Below, piece by piece: positions 16,469 to 27,516 of a DNA stretch of 64,000 nucleotides. This stretch comes from a virus. Lineage: Duplodnaviria > Caudoviricetes. A program made the position numbers and the translations under genes. Below the pieces are notes generated by a model. That model was not told where the DNA came from. It made no database searches and saw only the letters and a program-made list of their open reading frames with translations. Location of the stretch: IMG/VR virus record IMGVR_UViG_3300037067_016568, positions 120,769 to 184,768 of that record; one strand, written 5' to 3'. Position 1 is the first letter of the stretch, and every line of letters begins with the position of its first letter.

Positions 16469-16879
16469 CTAGAACCGCCTTCCCCTGCGAATGATTATTC
16501 TCTTAGTCCTTGATGTGCCAGATTGGGCAGGAGCTGGGTTCTGCTCTATATTTTGTTCGGGAGGTGCCTCATAGACAGGCAGATCTGGCACAGACTCCCA
16601 TGGCACAGGTTTATATTGTTTAGATGATTCAGGTGGCTTTTCAGATGCTGCCTCAGACTTGCATTCTGGTTCTGGAACTGGAGGCGCTGGTTGCCCTATT
16701 TCTTCACCTTTAGGCCGTGGTCTCGGTCGTTTTGGTTCTGGTTTTGGTTTTGGCTCTACCTTTTGAGATGGAATGATTGGCCCAGGTGTGTCTGGTAGAG
16801 AACGTTTACCGAACATAATCAAGACAACACCAATGAAGATTGCAGCGATCGCAACGATCGGTATAATTTTATCCTTCAT
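16469..16879 (-). CDS. membrane-anchored Pro-rich protein
   Basis: N-terminal TM helix, Pro/Glu-rich linker, basic C-terminus. Confidence 0.6.
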   Translation of the reverse strand: MKDKIIPIVAIAAIFIGVVLIMFGKRSLPDTPGPIIPSQKVEPKPKPEPKRPRPRPKGEEIGQPAPPVPEPECKSEAASEKPPESSKQYKPVPWESVPDLPVYEAPPEQNIEQNPAPAQSGTSRTKRIIIRRGRRF

Positions 16880-17141
16880 TTGGCTGCTCCTTATGTTGAA
16901 CTAGTTTGATCTCACGCTCTTCGCGCAAAGGATATTTGTCTGGAAACCATTCGGTTGCTCCACAACCCTTCTTAGAAAACTCATGGCCGAAAAATACACA
17001 TTTATGTTGATGTTCATAGCGATTACCAACTAATCGTACAGACCCATCGCCAATCATATAACCTGCACCACAATGGCATAACACTTTATGGTAAACCGTC
17101 TGAATTTCAAACGACCTTATTCTACCATTTGCATCTTGCAT
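16869..17141 (-). CDS. hypothetical protein
   Basis: 90 aa, coupled to its neighbours. Confidence 0.5.
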   Translation of the reverse strand: MQDANGRIRSFEIQTVYHKVLCHCGAGYMIGDGSVRLVGNRYEHQHKCVFFGHEFSKKGCGATEWFPDKYPLREEREIKLVQHKEQPNEG

Positions 17142-17143
17142 AA

Positions 17144-17818
17144 TCAGATCCTGTAGACGTTTGGAATTTGCAACTTTTTCAATGTTTCAAATTGATTGCG
17201 CCAAAAAGCACTACCGTCATCTCTTTTCCACTTATCTAATGGCTGCTGCCACTGTGGATAGTCTTGCAAATAACCTACTTTTCTAGCAGTGTTTCCAGAT
17301 ACAATTTGCACTCCGCCTATAGCACGTTTCAATGGTGTCTCAATGAAATCTTCAGGATTTATGTCTAATATGTCTGGTATGATTTCATCTCCATCTCTGG
17401 TTACTCTGATTATTTTCCTCCAGCTTTTTAAGTCTTTACAGTATAGCGTCATAGCGGGCCAGTACACAGCGTCATCATCAAGCTGCAAGCTGGTAATAGT
17501 ATCTAAGCAATCAGGACCAAATACATAATCACAATCAGCGAACCAAACGACATCTGCTTTAGATTGCCTTGCCGCAATATTACGCCATATTGGCCTTTGA
17601 TGTATTGACCTTAATTGTGCTTCCACAAAATTCCACGTTACCCAATGACGAATGTGCTGATTGAAATAGTCTAAAACTGTAACTGTAGCTGGATCTTCTT
17701 TGCTATAGACGACAGTCATAGTGACTGGCGTGCTTTCACGTAAAACAAGAGAACTAAGATGATATACTAATAACGCTGCATAACGAGGAGCAAAACAATG
17801 GCTGATAATCTCTATCAC
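17144..17818 (-). CDS. glycosyltransferase, GT-A fold (GT2-like)
   Basis: RNIAARQSKADVVWFADCDYVF (DxD) and GGVQIVS; overlaps the fcl stop. Confidence 0.75.
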   Translation of the reverse strand: MIEIISHCFAPRYAALLVYHLSSLVLRESTPVTMTVVYSKEDPATVTVLDYFNQHIRHWVTWNFVEAQLRSIHQRPIWRNIAARQSKADVVWFADCDYVFGPDCLDTITSLQLDDDAVYWPAMTLYCKDLKSWRKIIRVTRDGDEIIPDILDINPEDFIETPLKRAIGGVQIVSGNTARKVGYLQDYPQWQQPLDKWKRDDGSAFWRNQFETLKKLQIPNVYRI

Positions 17819-18765
17819 TTGTGATCATTCCACCACTTTACAGTACGTTCTAGTCCATCGTCAAACGACGTTTCAGCATTAAAGCCAAACCCTCTTAGTG
17901 CCCGCCCAATATCTAAACTCCGGCGAGGTTGGCCATCTGGCTTTGATAAATCGTGATATATATTACCATTAAATCCAACAATTTTTGCTATCTTACTAGC
18001 TAAATCATGGATAGTGATTTCGAACCCAGCACCGACATTAACAGGCTCTGGGCTATTGTAATCTCTAGTAGCCATTACAATAGCCCTAGCACAGTCTTCT
18101 ACATAAAGAAACTCTCGGCTGGCATTACCTGTTCCCCATATGACAACGCGATCTTCGCCTTTGTCTTTTGCCTCCTGGAACTTTCGAATGAGTGCGGGTA
18201 TTACATGAGAACTGTTTGGATTGAAATTGTCGCCTGGGCCGTACAGATTGACTGGTAGAAGATAAATGCCATTCATACCATATTGTTGACGATAAGCCTG
18301 CAACATTACAAGCAATGCTTTTTTGGCAATCCCATACGGTGCATTTGTTTCTTCTGGGTAGCCGTTCCATAGATCTTCCTCACGAAATGGCACATTAGTA
18401 TGCTTTGGGTATCCACATATCGTTCCGACTTGGACAAACTTTTTAATCTTGTGGCGACGTGCGTGCTCGATCAAATGCACGCCCATAATGATATTATTAT
18501 AGAAAAACTTACCGGGATTTTCACGATTCGCACCAATACCGCCAACAACTGCTGCCAGATGCACCACAACATTCGGTTCTAGTGTACGATACATCCTCTC
18601 TACGTTATTCTCACATACTAGATTGTATTCTTCTCTCGATGGAGTCAACAAGTTTCCGTCAGGAACACCAATAAAACGAAATATTGCTTGTACATTCTTG
18701 CCAAGAAATCCAGAAGAACCTGTTATTAGAATACGGTCTTTTGCTAAATCAATCATGAGAATCAC
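17815..18765 (-). CDS. fcl: GDP-L-fucose synthase
   Basis: [72 protein letters not shown]. Confidence 0.95.
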   Translation of the reverse strand: MILMIDLAKDRILITGSSGFLGKNVQAIFRFIGVPDGNLLTPSREEYNLVCENNVERMYRTLEPNVVVHLAAVVGGIGANRENPGKFFYNNIIMGVHLIEHARRHKIKKFVQVGTICGYPKHTNVPFREEDLWNGYPEETNAPYGIAKKALLVMLQAYRQQYGMNGIYLLPVNLYGPGDNFNPNSSHVIPALIRKFQEAKDKGEDRVVIWGTGNASREFLYVEDCARAIVMATRDYNSPEPVNVGAGFEITIHDLASKIAKIVGFNGNIYHDLSKPDGQPRRSLDIGRALRGFGFNAETSFDDGLERTVKWWNDHK

Positions 18766-19756
18766 GCAGTATTTTCTCAGATCGAGCTAGCCTCATATCA
18801 TGCTCAACCATCATTTTTACTAACTGTTTAAACGATACTTTAGGCTCCCATCCGAGCATTGATTTGGCTTTAGAAGGGCTTCCTAATAACAAATCGACTT
18901 CTGTAGGCCGAAAGTACCGTTCATCAATTTCGACATATCTCTCCCATTCTAAATCAAGCAAAGCAAATGCTTCTTCGACAAACTCGCGAACTGAATGTGT
19001 TTCACCTGAAGCGATTACATAATCGCCAGGTTTATCATGTTGCAGCATCAACCACATGACTTCAACATAGTCACCCGCATATCCCCAGTCACGTTTTGCA
19101 TCTAGATTACCAAGAAATAGTTTATCCTGTAATCCGAGTTTGATGCGAGTAGCAGCTCGTGTTATCTTTCTTGATACAAATGTTTCTCCGCGTTGCGGAC
19201 CCTCATGGTTAAAAAGAATGCCATTACAGGCAAACATGCCATACGCTTCTCGATAATTGACTGTTTGCCAATAAGCATATACCTTTGCACAGCCATAAGG
19301 ACTACGAGGATAAAAAGGCGTCAATTCAGTTTGCGGTGTTTCAACGACCTTGCCATACATCTCGCTACTAGAAGCTTGATAATATCTAATACCATCTATA
19401 TTTCTCACCGCTTCCAATAGCTGCAATGTACCAATGGCGATTGATTGAACTGTATAAATTGGTATATCAAAGCTAACGCGAACATGACTCTGAGCAGCAA
19501 GGTTGTAAACTTCGTCTGGTTTAATCTGCTCAATCAAATTCTTTAGGCCAATACCATCTGTCATATCACCATAATAGAGACATAAACGAGCATCCGGAGT
19601 ATGTGGATCTTGATATAATGAATCAATACGCCCAGTATTAAAACTGCTGGAACGACGTATCAGCCCGTGGACTTTATATCCTTTAGATAAAAGAAGCTCG
19701 CAAAGATGAGCGCCGTCTTGTCCGGTTATACCGGTAATGAAAGCTTTCCTTGGCAT
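18749..19756 (-). CDS. gmd: GDP-mannose 4,6-dehydratase
   Basis: Start reassigned to MPRK; [64 protein letters not shown]. Confidence 0.96.
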   Translation of the reverse strand: MPRKAFITGITGQDGAHLCELLLSKGYKVHGLIRRSSSFNTGRIDSLYQDPHTPDARLCLYYGDMTDGIGLKNLIEQIKPDEVYNLAAQSHVRVSFDIPIYTVQSIAIGTLQLLEAVRNIDGIRYYQASSSEMYGKVVETPQTELTPFYPRSPYGCAKVYAYWQTVNYREAYGMFACNGILFNHEGPQRGETFVSRKITRAATRIKLGLQDKLFLGNLDAKRDWGYAGDYVEVMWLMLQHDKPGDYVIASGETHSVREFVEEAFALLDLEWERYVEIDERYFRPTEVDLLLGSPSKAKSMLGWEPKVSFKQLVKMMVEHDMRLARSEKILRDSHD

Positions 19757-19764
19757 AGACGACC

Positions 19765-20532
19765 TCAGTTTTGGCCCAATGTCATGCCTCGAAGTACAAA
19801 TGACCCCATTGATGGTACGGCTCTTGAACCAGAAATCCAAGCATCATTACCAGGACCATGCGAATTAGGTGTATGAACCTCAATCCGGCCATTACGCACA
19901 CGAAGCATATCAAGAAATACAGCGTGTCGCCACCAATTATAACCAACGTAACAACCCCATCCCTGCAAGAGGGCAGTAACGGTCTCAGCCCAAACATCTT
20001 TACCGCCAAGGTCCCACCATTCCAGCGGCATATAGTTCAGCCGCTCTTCCTTATAAGATGGATTCCATTGAGACAGCGTAATTTTATGTTGCGGAACCGT
20101 TGCCCTGCTTGCAATGCCGTTCGCTGATGCATACTCTATTGCACGATCTAAATAATATCCAGCATTTCTATAGCCGGTAAGCTCTGCAAGAGATTCAGGA
20201 GACAATTGGACAAAAGGTTGTACCATAGCATGACGAACAGCCATGCAAGACTGGGCTAAACTATAAGCCCAACAAAAGCCAAGGCCGTTCTGATAATCGG
20301 CTCTAGGATCACTTTGCCACCGCTGGCCAATAAATGCACCAGCAGCAGTCATTTGTTGGATTCTATCATTCCATTCGCTTTCTGGAATTAATGGTATATG
20401 TTCGGAAAAAACAGGAGCACATACCAAGTCGCCGATTTGTGTTTGCCGTGGTAAAGCACCAGCCAAGAAACCGGCTGACTCGCTTTCGCGTACTACATCA
20501 ACAAAATTGTCGTCGGTGATATAGAGGCTCAT
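19765..20532 (-). CDS. papain-like (C1) cysteine peptidase
   Basis: [11 protein letters not shown] (catalytic Cys and oxyanion Gln), WRHAV (His), PNSHG (Asn). Confidence 0.8.
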   Translation of the reverse strand: MSLYITDDNFVDVVRESESAGFLAGALPRQTQIGDLVCAPVFSEHIPLIPESEWNDRIQQMTAAGAFIGQRWQSDPRADYQNGLGFCWAYSLAQSCMAVRHAMVQPFVQLSPESLAELTGYRNAGYYLDRAIEYASANGIASRATVPQHKITLSQWNPSYKEERLNYMPLEWWDLGGKDVWAETVTALLQGWGCYVGYNWWRHAVFLDMLRVRNGRIEVHTPNSHGPGNDAWISGSRAVPSMGSFVLRGMTLGQN

Positions 20533-20912
20533 TGTTTACCTGCTGCTTTCTTCAAAGCGTCAATAGTAGACGGGCACGATTGGACAGTAATATCGCCGTT
20601 TGTCCATTTCAAAGCTAGCGCCGGTAGCTCCATTTCTCCAACAGCATTAAGATATGGCTGTGCTTCTGGAGAAGGACTCTTGCCTTTTCCCAAGACGTCC
20701 TTATCCCAAACCGGAATGCCAAGCTTCTCAGCACCAACAAACAATTCAATCCATTGCTGAGAAAGTGGTACATCTGTTCGCGTCTCACGAATAATAACTG
20801 CTCTCTCAATATTGCCATAAGATCCTAACGGCACCAACTCTGGTTTCACAACCATTGTTATGCCAGCAGCTAACAATATTATAGCAATAATCGGTAGTGC
20901 TGCTTTCTTCAT
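20529..20912 (-). CDS. membrane-anchored/secreted hypothetical protein
   Basis: N-terminal MKK plus hydrophobic helix; overlaps the peptidase start. Confidence 0.6.
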   Translation of the reverse strand: MKKAALPIIAIILLAAGITMVVKPELVPLGSYGNIERAVIIRETRTDVPLSQQWIELFVGAEKLGIPVWDKDVLGKGKSPSPEAQPYLNAVGEMELPALALKWTNGDITVQSCPSTIDALKKAAGKQ

Positions 20913-21280
20913 GATACGTTGACCTCCACAACAGTACCGTCAGTTGTTGCAACTTTAGCGGTCTTCGCCTCAGCTACAGTTTTGTCATCGCCTGACGCAG
21001 CCTGAGCAGCTTTCCATGATGTTATTGCGCCCTGCCATAACACATCGGCCAGTACTTCACAAGCCTTTGTCGCATCAGGCGATGACTTCACCACGTCGAT
21101 TCTACTCAGCAATTCAATGTATCCCAGGTCGGTCTTCAGCTGCGCTGTATCAAGCGCGGCAGTAACAGCTGTCCCTGCTGTTTGCCCAATCGAAGAATCC
21201 TTGAACCATGTCTTCCAAATCCAATAGAAGAGCATGAGTGCAGCACCCGCGATTACAATTCCGCCAATTGTTTGAACCAT
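20909..21280 (-). CDS. membrane protein
   Basis: Start reassigned to MVQTIGG; single N-terminal TM helix. Confidence 0.6.
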   Translation of the reverse strand: MVQTIGGIVIAGAALMLFYWIWKTWFKDSSIGQTAGTAVTAALDTAQLKTDLGYIELLSRIDVVKSSPDATKACEVLADVLWQGAITSWKAAQAASGDDKTVAEAKTAKVATTDGTVVEVNVS

Positions 21281-21335
21281 AATATCGCCCTTTACAATCA
21301 AAGTGCAACTGGAAGGCAACGAAACTACAGATTAT

Positions 21336-21965
21336 TTACATCTTCTTCCAAATTCCAAGGTTGTTTTTCTTTGCTTCGTCTTCGTACTTCTTCCAATCTT
21401 CTGGAGCGTCCGGCAATAATTTGGCCATCCCAAGGCGCACTTGCTCCGTATTCAGGCATTGCCCGTTCATGTTATAGACAATTTCTACCATCATCTTACT
21501 TTCTAATGGTTCAGAAATGCCTTCTAAAACATCGCCGCCTTTTGGGGTACCTTTGAGAGCATCCTCAGCATCATCAGGGGTCGATCTGAACAGGCCATGC
21601 TTTTGGATTCTTACTGTCGATCCGGCAAGTTTTTCAAGTGAAACACGACTAGACTCGGCCCATATGTCTGAAGGAGCAGCAATATGGGCTAATGTTACAG
21701 TTTTAATTCGTTTGCCACGACGACCATCCCTATACTTAAAAGTTGCACCAGTATCGACACTAGATACTTGCAACTCATCCCATTTCTCTTGTCTTGGAGG
21801 ACGTGTTCTACTGCAACAAAAATCACGACATGAGCCGCCGTAAAACACCCAACCACCAAATAGAAATATCGCAAGTGCTGCCCAAACCTGCCATGGGATT
21901 GCAGCAATAATCTTAGCGATGACTGAACAAATAGAACTCAGAATCGCCATTATTCCTGCGAGCAT
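21336..21965 (-). CDS. membrane-anchored staphylococcal nuclease (SNase)-like protein with degenerate catalytic motifs
   Basis: SNase-like pattern VSSVDTGATF / VTLAHIAAP / LNTEQVRLGMAK / EDEAKKNNLGIWK; the canonical DGDT, RLxGIDAPE and DxYGR residues are replaced. Confidence 0.7.
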   Translation of the reverse strand: MLAGIMAILSSICSVIAKIIAAIPWQVWAALAIFLFGGWVFYGGSCRDFCCSRTRPPRQEKWDELQVSSVDTGATFKYRDGRRGKRIKTVTLAHIAAPSDIWAESSRVSLEKLAGSTVRIQKHGLFRSTPDDAEDALKGTPKGGDVLEGISEPLESKMMVEIVYNMNGQCLNTEQVRLGMAKLLPDAPEDWKKYEDEAKKNNLGIWKKM

Positions 21966-22014
21966 ATAGCACCTTCAAATTAAAAGCATCTATTTCACAA
22001 TATCTTTGATAGCA

Positions 22015-22061
22015 TATACACCAACGCCACGGCGAGAATGCAGCCGTGGCGTTGGTGTATA
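22015..22061. terminator. 19-bp stem hairpin after the acidic core protein gene
   Basis: tatacaccaacgccacggc-gagaatgca-gccgtggcgttggtgtata. Confidence 0.7.
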
Positions 22062-22065
22062 GCGA

Positions 22066-25000
22066 CTAGATTCTGTTTTCGCCAGCCTTCACAGGCTTAA
22101 GATTAGCTGCTGACTTCGTGCTGACATCCACATCAGTCGGCGTGCTGTCAAAGCCTTCTAATTCCTTACCTCTCTTAGGCTTCTGAGCACCTTTCTCCTT
22201 TGGAGACTGCCGTGGATCTTGCTCCGTAGTATTATAGTCGGCCTTCTTAGGATCTGTGATATCCTTATCTTCTTGGATCTTCTCCTCGCCCTCCAATTCT
22301 GGCTCCTCTTCAGGCTCCTCTTCAGGCTCTTCTTCAGGTGCGTTGCCAGCCTCAAAGTTAGGCATCTCATCGGCGTCTGTCTCCAGTGGTTCTGGTTCCT
22401 CCGCTCCAATGGCTGGTTCAGTCACAGGCTTCATCGGTTCTATCTCAGCCACCGGTTCAATAGCTGCAACTCCCGACATACCACCAATTTCTACTTGCGG
22501 CTCTTCGCCCTCAGTGCCGGTGTCAACCGATACTGATACTGAACCATCACCACTAGCAGTTACAGTAGCCACCGCCTCATCAAGAATGCGATCTTCCTCT
22601 TCTGAAATTGGCCGGAATTGCTCAATGCCTTGAACCAACCATTTTGAGAAGGGCCTGCTATCACCTTTCTTAATTTGAGCAGCTGCTAATGCGCTTTCGA
22701 TGAGATTGTCAGGGACAGGCACATTGACGCTACCATCCTCGCTCAAAATAACCAGCGGCTGGGCGTAATCTAGAATGAATCGAATACCATCTAGGTCTCC
22801 TTTCATCCCTTTGCCAGCTTCATCGTGTTCAAGCCACACTATATTGCGGCGAATACGAGACTCACTCTTCGGCTCTTCGCCAGTAAAACCAGCATCGGCC
22901 TCAGGTGCTTCACCTTCGATTTCATGTGTTGAACTTCCAGCAGGCTTTTTACGCTCGACTTTATTCAATGCTGACCGACGAAGATTTCGCCGCCGCATCA
23001 AAGTGCCATTCTTGTATTGATCTTCTGCAATTTCTTCAAACTGCTCCACAAGATTATCAACAGTAGCATTCATGCGATGCTCAGGAACACGAATTCCAGA
23101 AGCAGTAAGTGCCTCTACGGCCAGCTTCTTGACATCAACGTCTTCGATGTCTTTGTCTTCGACCAGCTTAAACATACTGGTGACGACATCTGACATTTCA
23201 TCACGAAGGATAGACTGACCATAATCTAGGCCAATGCTAGATGTAAAGTCGATTGATTCTCCCATGGCGTATGGGTCAGAATCTTCACACTCCATTTCGG
23301 CTTCGTCATCCTCACACTCGTCTTCGACTTCATCTTTTTTGCCTTCTCGTTCGGCAATTTTATTCTTGAGCCATTCCTTGTCTTCAGACAATCCAAGTGC
23401 CTTACGCTTAACGCGCTCAGACACCGGCTCATCGGTCTTCTGCTTGCTGTCGAGATTTATATTGACATCCTTTTCTTCCTCTTCGCCACCAAGACCAAAG
23501 TCATCAAAGTCCTCTTCCTCGCCTTCCTCTTCCTCGTCGCCAAGGCCAAGCTCTTCGAGGTCTTCCTCTTCATTCCCTTCATCACCAAGCTCATCTTCAA
23601 AATCGAACTCTTCCTCACCGCCAAGTTCATCGCCGCCGACTTCTGGAGCAGCACCAGACGTTCCACCGACTTGAATGAGAGGTGAATTGATAACAATGCT
23701 TGGTTGGCCAGTAGTACCAAGATTACCTTGATCTAACTCATCACCTATCTCTCCACCAAGCTCTTCTCCCTGATCAATTCCAGCATTCGTCTCAGGGCCT
23801 CCAACAGCATCATAGTCATTCAAAGTATCCATGGCCTCTAACTCCTTATGAGCAGAGGCCAATGTCTCACGGACTAGATAAACTGTGGCGTCATCGACTT
23901 CAGATTCCGATAGCTTCTCAATCAACTCGTCGACTTTTTCTTTGAGTTCGACGTCTTCTTGAATCTTCGGGCTATTACGAAGTAGGTCGAGTGCGGTGCG
24001 ATATGCACTGACCTCTTCATCTCGTGGCGACATCGCTTCATTGAATATCATGCTCAGGAACGTATCATAATCGCCATCGAAATTCTTCGACTTCTCCAAA
24101 ACACTGACGTTTTCGAGCAGTGTCGGATGTTGCGACTTAACAGCCGTTGCACGCCACTCCTTAAGAATCGAATCACGATTGACCTTGAGATTCGTACGAT
24201 AGAATAACGTGGCAGTGTCATTGCATAATTGTTGATTCATTATGGCTTTTGACGCCAAGGCGTTTTCTACAAGAGCTTGACACTCTTGACGTGTCAACAA
24301 ACAAAACTCTTGCTGCTCAGACAGAAAACCCTTGACTCCAGCTACTGCTTCGGCGATTTTATCACCATCAATAAGCTGGGCAATCTTGTAGATCCGCTTC
24401 TGGAAACCGCCAGACTTATATGCGTCTTTGGCCGCTTCACGCATATGAGTACCAACAACCTTACGACAAGTCCATTCGCTTACTGGCAATTTCTGCCTGC
24501 GATCTCCATTGAATGTGGCACTGACAATTTGACCATGCTCCAGGACAACGGAATCAGATAGGCTCTCGACAAGAGCTTTTATCAGCTTCTGCTTTTGTTG
24601 GCCGGTCCATTGCTCATTTGATTCAACTTGAAGTCTGCGAACCACACCATCACGAGTTCGAACAACACCGGATGTCGGAATAGTATGCGGAGAGAACTTT
24701 TGGGCAGCAAGATTATTGAACGTTGTCCGCATCGCCCGTTGGTCATTAGCTTCAATAGCACTAACTAAACCACGGCAGTTCTGTTCAAAGAGTGATTTCT
24801 TCTGCCCTTCAACAATCTTCACAGGCCGAATGTTTGTGATATTGACCTTGCCACCGTGCAGCTGCTGATGATCGGCAGTATAATAGGAGCCACTAGAAGT
24901 ATCCTCAATGAAGAGATCCTTCTTGCCTAAGGCCGCAAGCTGCCATTTGCCACCTGCTTTTTGCCCTAATTTCCTAACCAGTGACTCGTAAATAGCCACT

Positions 25001-25083
25001 TTGGCTTGGGCAGAACTATTGATAGTCCCAAGAAATTTCCTGCTGTCCAATACGAGACATTTGGCTTTAGTGGCCATGTACAA
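22066..25083 (-). CDS. large acidic prohead core/internal head protein
   Basis: 1005 aa directly downstream of portal; Asp/Glu-rich; many xxE sites (LVES, LSED, MGES, IAED, LDEA, IQED) like T4-type head-protease substrates. Confidence 0.6.
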   Translation of the reverse strand: MYMATKAKCLVLDSRKFLGTINSSAQAKVAIYESLVRKLGQKAGGKWQLAALGKKDLFIEDTSSGSYYTADHQQLHGGKVNITNIRPVKIVEGQKKSLFEQNCRGLVSAIEANDQRAMRTTFNNLAAQKFSPHTIPTSGVVRTRDGVVRRLQVESNEQWTGQQKQKLIKALVESLSDSVVLEHGQIVSATFNGDRRQKLPVSEWTCRKVVGTHMREAAKDAYKSGGFQKRIYKIAQLIDGDKIAEAVAGVKGFLSEQQEFCLLTRQECQALVENALASKAIMNQQLCNDTATLFYRTNLKVNRDSILKEWRATAVKSQHPTLLENVSVLEKSKNFDGDYDTFLSMIFNEAMSPRDEEVSAYRTALDLLRNSPKIQEDVELKEKVDELIEKLSESEVDDATVYLVRETLASAHKELEAMDTLNDYDAVGGPETNAGIDQGEELGGEIGDELDQGNLGTTGQPSIVINSPLIQVGGTSGAAPEVGGDELGGEEEFDFEDELGDEGNEEEDLEELGLGDEEEEGEEEDFDDFGLGGEEEEKDVNINLDSKQKTDEPVSERVKRKALGLSEDKEWLKNKIAEREGKKDEVEDECEDDEAEMECEDSDPYAMGESIDFTSSIGLDYGQSILRDEMSDVVTSMFKLVEDKDIEDVDVKKLAVEALTASGIRVPEHRMNATVDNLVEQFEEIAEDQYKNGTLMRRRNLRRSALNKVERKKPAGSSTHEIEGEAPEADAGFTGEEPKSESRIRRNIVWLEHDEAGKGMKGDLDGIRFILDYAQPLVILSEDGSVNVPVPDNLIESALAAAQIKKGDSRPFSKWLVQGIEQFRPISEEEDRILDEAVATVTASGDGSVSVSVDTGTEGEEPQVEIGGMSGVAAIEPVAEIEPMKPVTEPAIGAEEPEPLETDADEMPNFEAGNAPEEEPEEEPEEEPELEGEEKIQEDKDITDPKKADYNTTEQDPRQSPKEKGAQKPKRGKELEGFDSTPTDVDVSTKSAANLKPVKAGENRI

Positions 25084-25155
25084 CTCCCTATTAATTGCAA
25101 CCGACTCCGACCGGAGAGTTCGATTTTGGCTTACATTATAGTGTTTGCTTAGAAC

Positions 25156-27075
25156 CTAGGTAGGTAGGTCCTCCTGACTGACATCTGCATCGTTCTCAAC
25201 AGTTACGGGTTGACTTTTGAGAACGCTTCTAAATTCTGCTATGGCCTCTTCACGTTCCTTCTTTGGGGTGGACCAACCCACCAAAAGACCAGAATCTTTG
25301 TCTAAGCCTTCTTTCAGCAGCTCATTAGCATTGGCACCGACTGTTCTTGTAAGACCGTCCAACTCTTTTGATTCAAGTAAGTATTGGAATGGGCTTGTGA
25401 GTTTGATACCGCGTTGAGATAATTTCACTATATTACTGTATCGCTTACCTCGGCGTGCATCTCTCGCTATTTCAAGCAAAACCCTTCGTTCGTCTTCTCT
25501 GCCTTCTAGCTCAAATTCTTCGTCACCACCTTCTCCCTCTCCCTCATCCTCTACCTCGTCTCCCTCTTCACCGCCGATATCAAACTCCATCTCATCGCCT
25601 TCTCCTTCTTCGCCGCCTTCACCAGCTAATTCGCCTATATCGCCTATAGCTCCGCCGCCGCCGCCACCACCACCTTCTCCGTCTTCCTCTCCTGACGATT
25701 CCTCCTCAGCCAGTTCTTCCATTTCTTGGATTTCGTCAGGTGATAGGTCAGTGAATCTGGTAACAATCCATGTCTTGGGGAACCAACCAATGTCTTTTAA
25801 ATCGGCCATCACACTAACTCTAGTGGCCCATGTTTCCATTCTGTACAGATCGTCAAGAGCCGAACTGGAGGCTAGTGATAAACTGAATCCTTTGATGTCC
25901 TGAACAGAATATCCTCGCAATGCAAGATGAATAATACCAATCTTCTGTAGGCTTAATGCTATTTCTGACTGTATCCATTGAACAGCTTTAGCAAATTCTG
26001 CGTCCGACTGAGCTAAAGATTTCTCATTTGGTTCGCCTGCTCCCTCACCAATACCAACACGTGCAAATGGTATCTTGAGAGGTGATATCATCTTCTTCTT
26101 AAAGTATTCGATATCTGATATCTTGTCCATGTTCTCGCCACCGGGGAGAACCTCAATGTCTGGGCCAGAACCATCAGGACGCATCGGCAAAAAGAAATCA
26201 TCTTCTTGAACAATAGGCGAAAATCTCTCGTCGAATGTTCCTGTAGTAGGATTATAAAATCTCTGCCTCTTGAACAATCTAGCAATGCTTAACAAATATT
26301 CCGGTACTTCCTTGGGAGGTATCATGCCCACAGGAATTTTGTATTTTCTCTTTTCAGGCCCTCTAGTAATGCGATAGATTAGTGAGGCATCCTCCATTAA
26401 TCGCAATTGCTTAAATGGTTTCCGAGAACCATCTATAACTGCGCGACCATATGGAGCATAAACTGACTCAAAATTGGTCAATCGCATATGCATGCACGAC
26501 CATGGATGCATGAACACTGGTTCTGGATATATCTCATCCTGATAAAAGAACCCAACTAAATCCCCAAACCTAGTCTCAATACGAGTGAAATTATAAATAT
26601 TCATAAATCGCAGCGATGATACGCCGGTGCGATTTCGATCTGTGACTATTTCAAATGCAGCATCACCAAACTTACATAAATATCTAGCAGCAGGTCTAAG
26701 CCATCTATCAATTAAGAGCGTGTCGAAGAATAATTCTTCAAGGTCTTGTTTTATTCGACGATTAGCTGCTCTGATTATCAAACCATGCTTATACTCAGGG
26801 TCTATAAGTGAGCATTCGTCCGAGTACAGATCCAATGCAAGCGAAATTTCACCGGTCTGATCCATCTGCTCATAGTCTTTATACCTTTCTAGACGATTTA
26901 TTTGCAGATTAGTCTGTTGTAGGATAGCATTCTGACTAGAAAAGTCTAAGAAATCACCACCAACAGCCAACTTGTCTATAGAAGACTGATCTTGAAGAAT
27001 GCGTTCCTGTTGATATATCCGGTTAGAGCGGGCAAATTCTCTAATCCGATCCCATACTAACCAGTTAGCAGGCAT
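25156..27075 (-). CDS. gp20: portal protein, T4 gp20-like
   Basis: KQLRLMEDASLIYRITRGPEKR, EDDFFLP, LPGGEN, DIEYFKKK...LKIPFAR; acidic Gly-rich C-terminal extension. Confidence 0.93.
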   Translation of the reverse strand: MPANWLVWDRIREFARSNRIYQQERILQDQSSIDKLAVGGDFLDFSSQNAILQQTNLQINRLERYKDYEQMDQTGEISLALDLYSDECSLIDPEYKHGLIIRAANRRIKQDLEELFFDTLLIDRWLRPAARYLCKFGDAAFEIVTDRNRTGVSSLRFMNIYNFTRIETRFGDLVGFFYQDEIYPEPVFMHPWSCMHMRLTNFESVYAPYGRAVIDGSRKPFKQLRLMEDASLIYRITRGPEKRKYKIPVGMIPPKEVPEYLLSIARLFKRQRFYNPTTGTFDERFSPIVQEDDFFLPMRPDGSGPDIEVLPGGENMDKISDIEYFKKKMISPLKIPFARVGIGEGAGEPNEKSLAQSDAEFAKAVQWIQSEIALSLQKIGIIHLALRGYSVQDIKGFSLSLASSSALDDLYRMETWATRVSVMADLKDIGWFPKTWIVTRFTDLSPDEIQEMEELAEEESSGEEDGEGGGGGGGGAIGDIGELAGEGGEEGEGDEMEFDIGGEEGDEVEDEGEGEGGDEEFELEGREDERRVLLEIARDARRGKRYSNIVKLSQRGIKLTSPFQYLLESKELDGLTRTVGANANELLKEGLDKDSGLLVGWSTPKKEREEAIAEFRSVLKSQPVTVENDADVSQEDLPT

Positions 27076-27251
27076 AACTACCTCATAGATACTTCATGAA
27101 ACACAGCTTCTCACCACCGTATTTTTTAATGTAGCCATATTTCTATGCCGATAGTATATTATTATAGCTAATTGTGTAATTTTGTCTGCCCAATCAATCA
27201 TATATTGGCCATCTGTTTGCAGTATTTACTTTTTAGAAGCTAGGAGCCAAC

Positions 27252-27515
27252 ATGAAGAAAATTAAAGTCGGTACGTCTGCAGAACAAATTATTTTAATTC
27301 ATCAGGCAATGTCTTCTAAAATGCCATGCGTTTTATGCGGCGGTAAGCCCCATGTTGTTGGAGTATTTGCACCATATAGCAAAAAATTCCTACAGCATTG
27401 TAAATTAGGCTCAATAGTAGTGTATAGTCTATGTAGAAAATGCAACAAAAAGAAAGACAAGCTTGCATTAATCGATGACGCAATACTTCAAGACTTGGCA
27501 GCGGAAAGTAATTAG
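27252..27515 (+). CDS. small Zn-finger protein
   Basis: CVLC...CRKC; AGGAG SD. Confidence 0.6.
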   Translation: MKKIKVGTSAEQIILIHQAMSSKMPCVLCGGKPHVVGVFAPYSKKFLQHCKLGSIVVYSLCRKCNKKKDKLALIDDAILQDLAAESN

Positions 27516-27516
27516 A

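Noticed and set aside
22300-23660. Short tandem repeats such as ctcttcagg and tcttcctc
   Set aside because: They encode EEPE and poly-acidic protein tracts; not an array.
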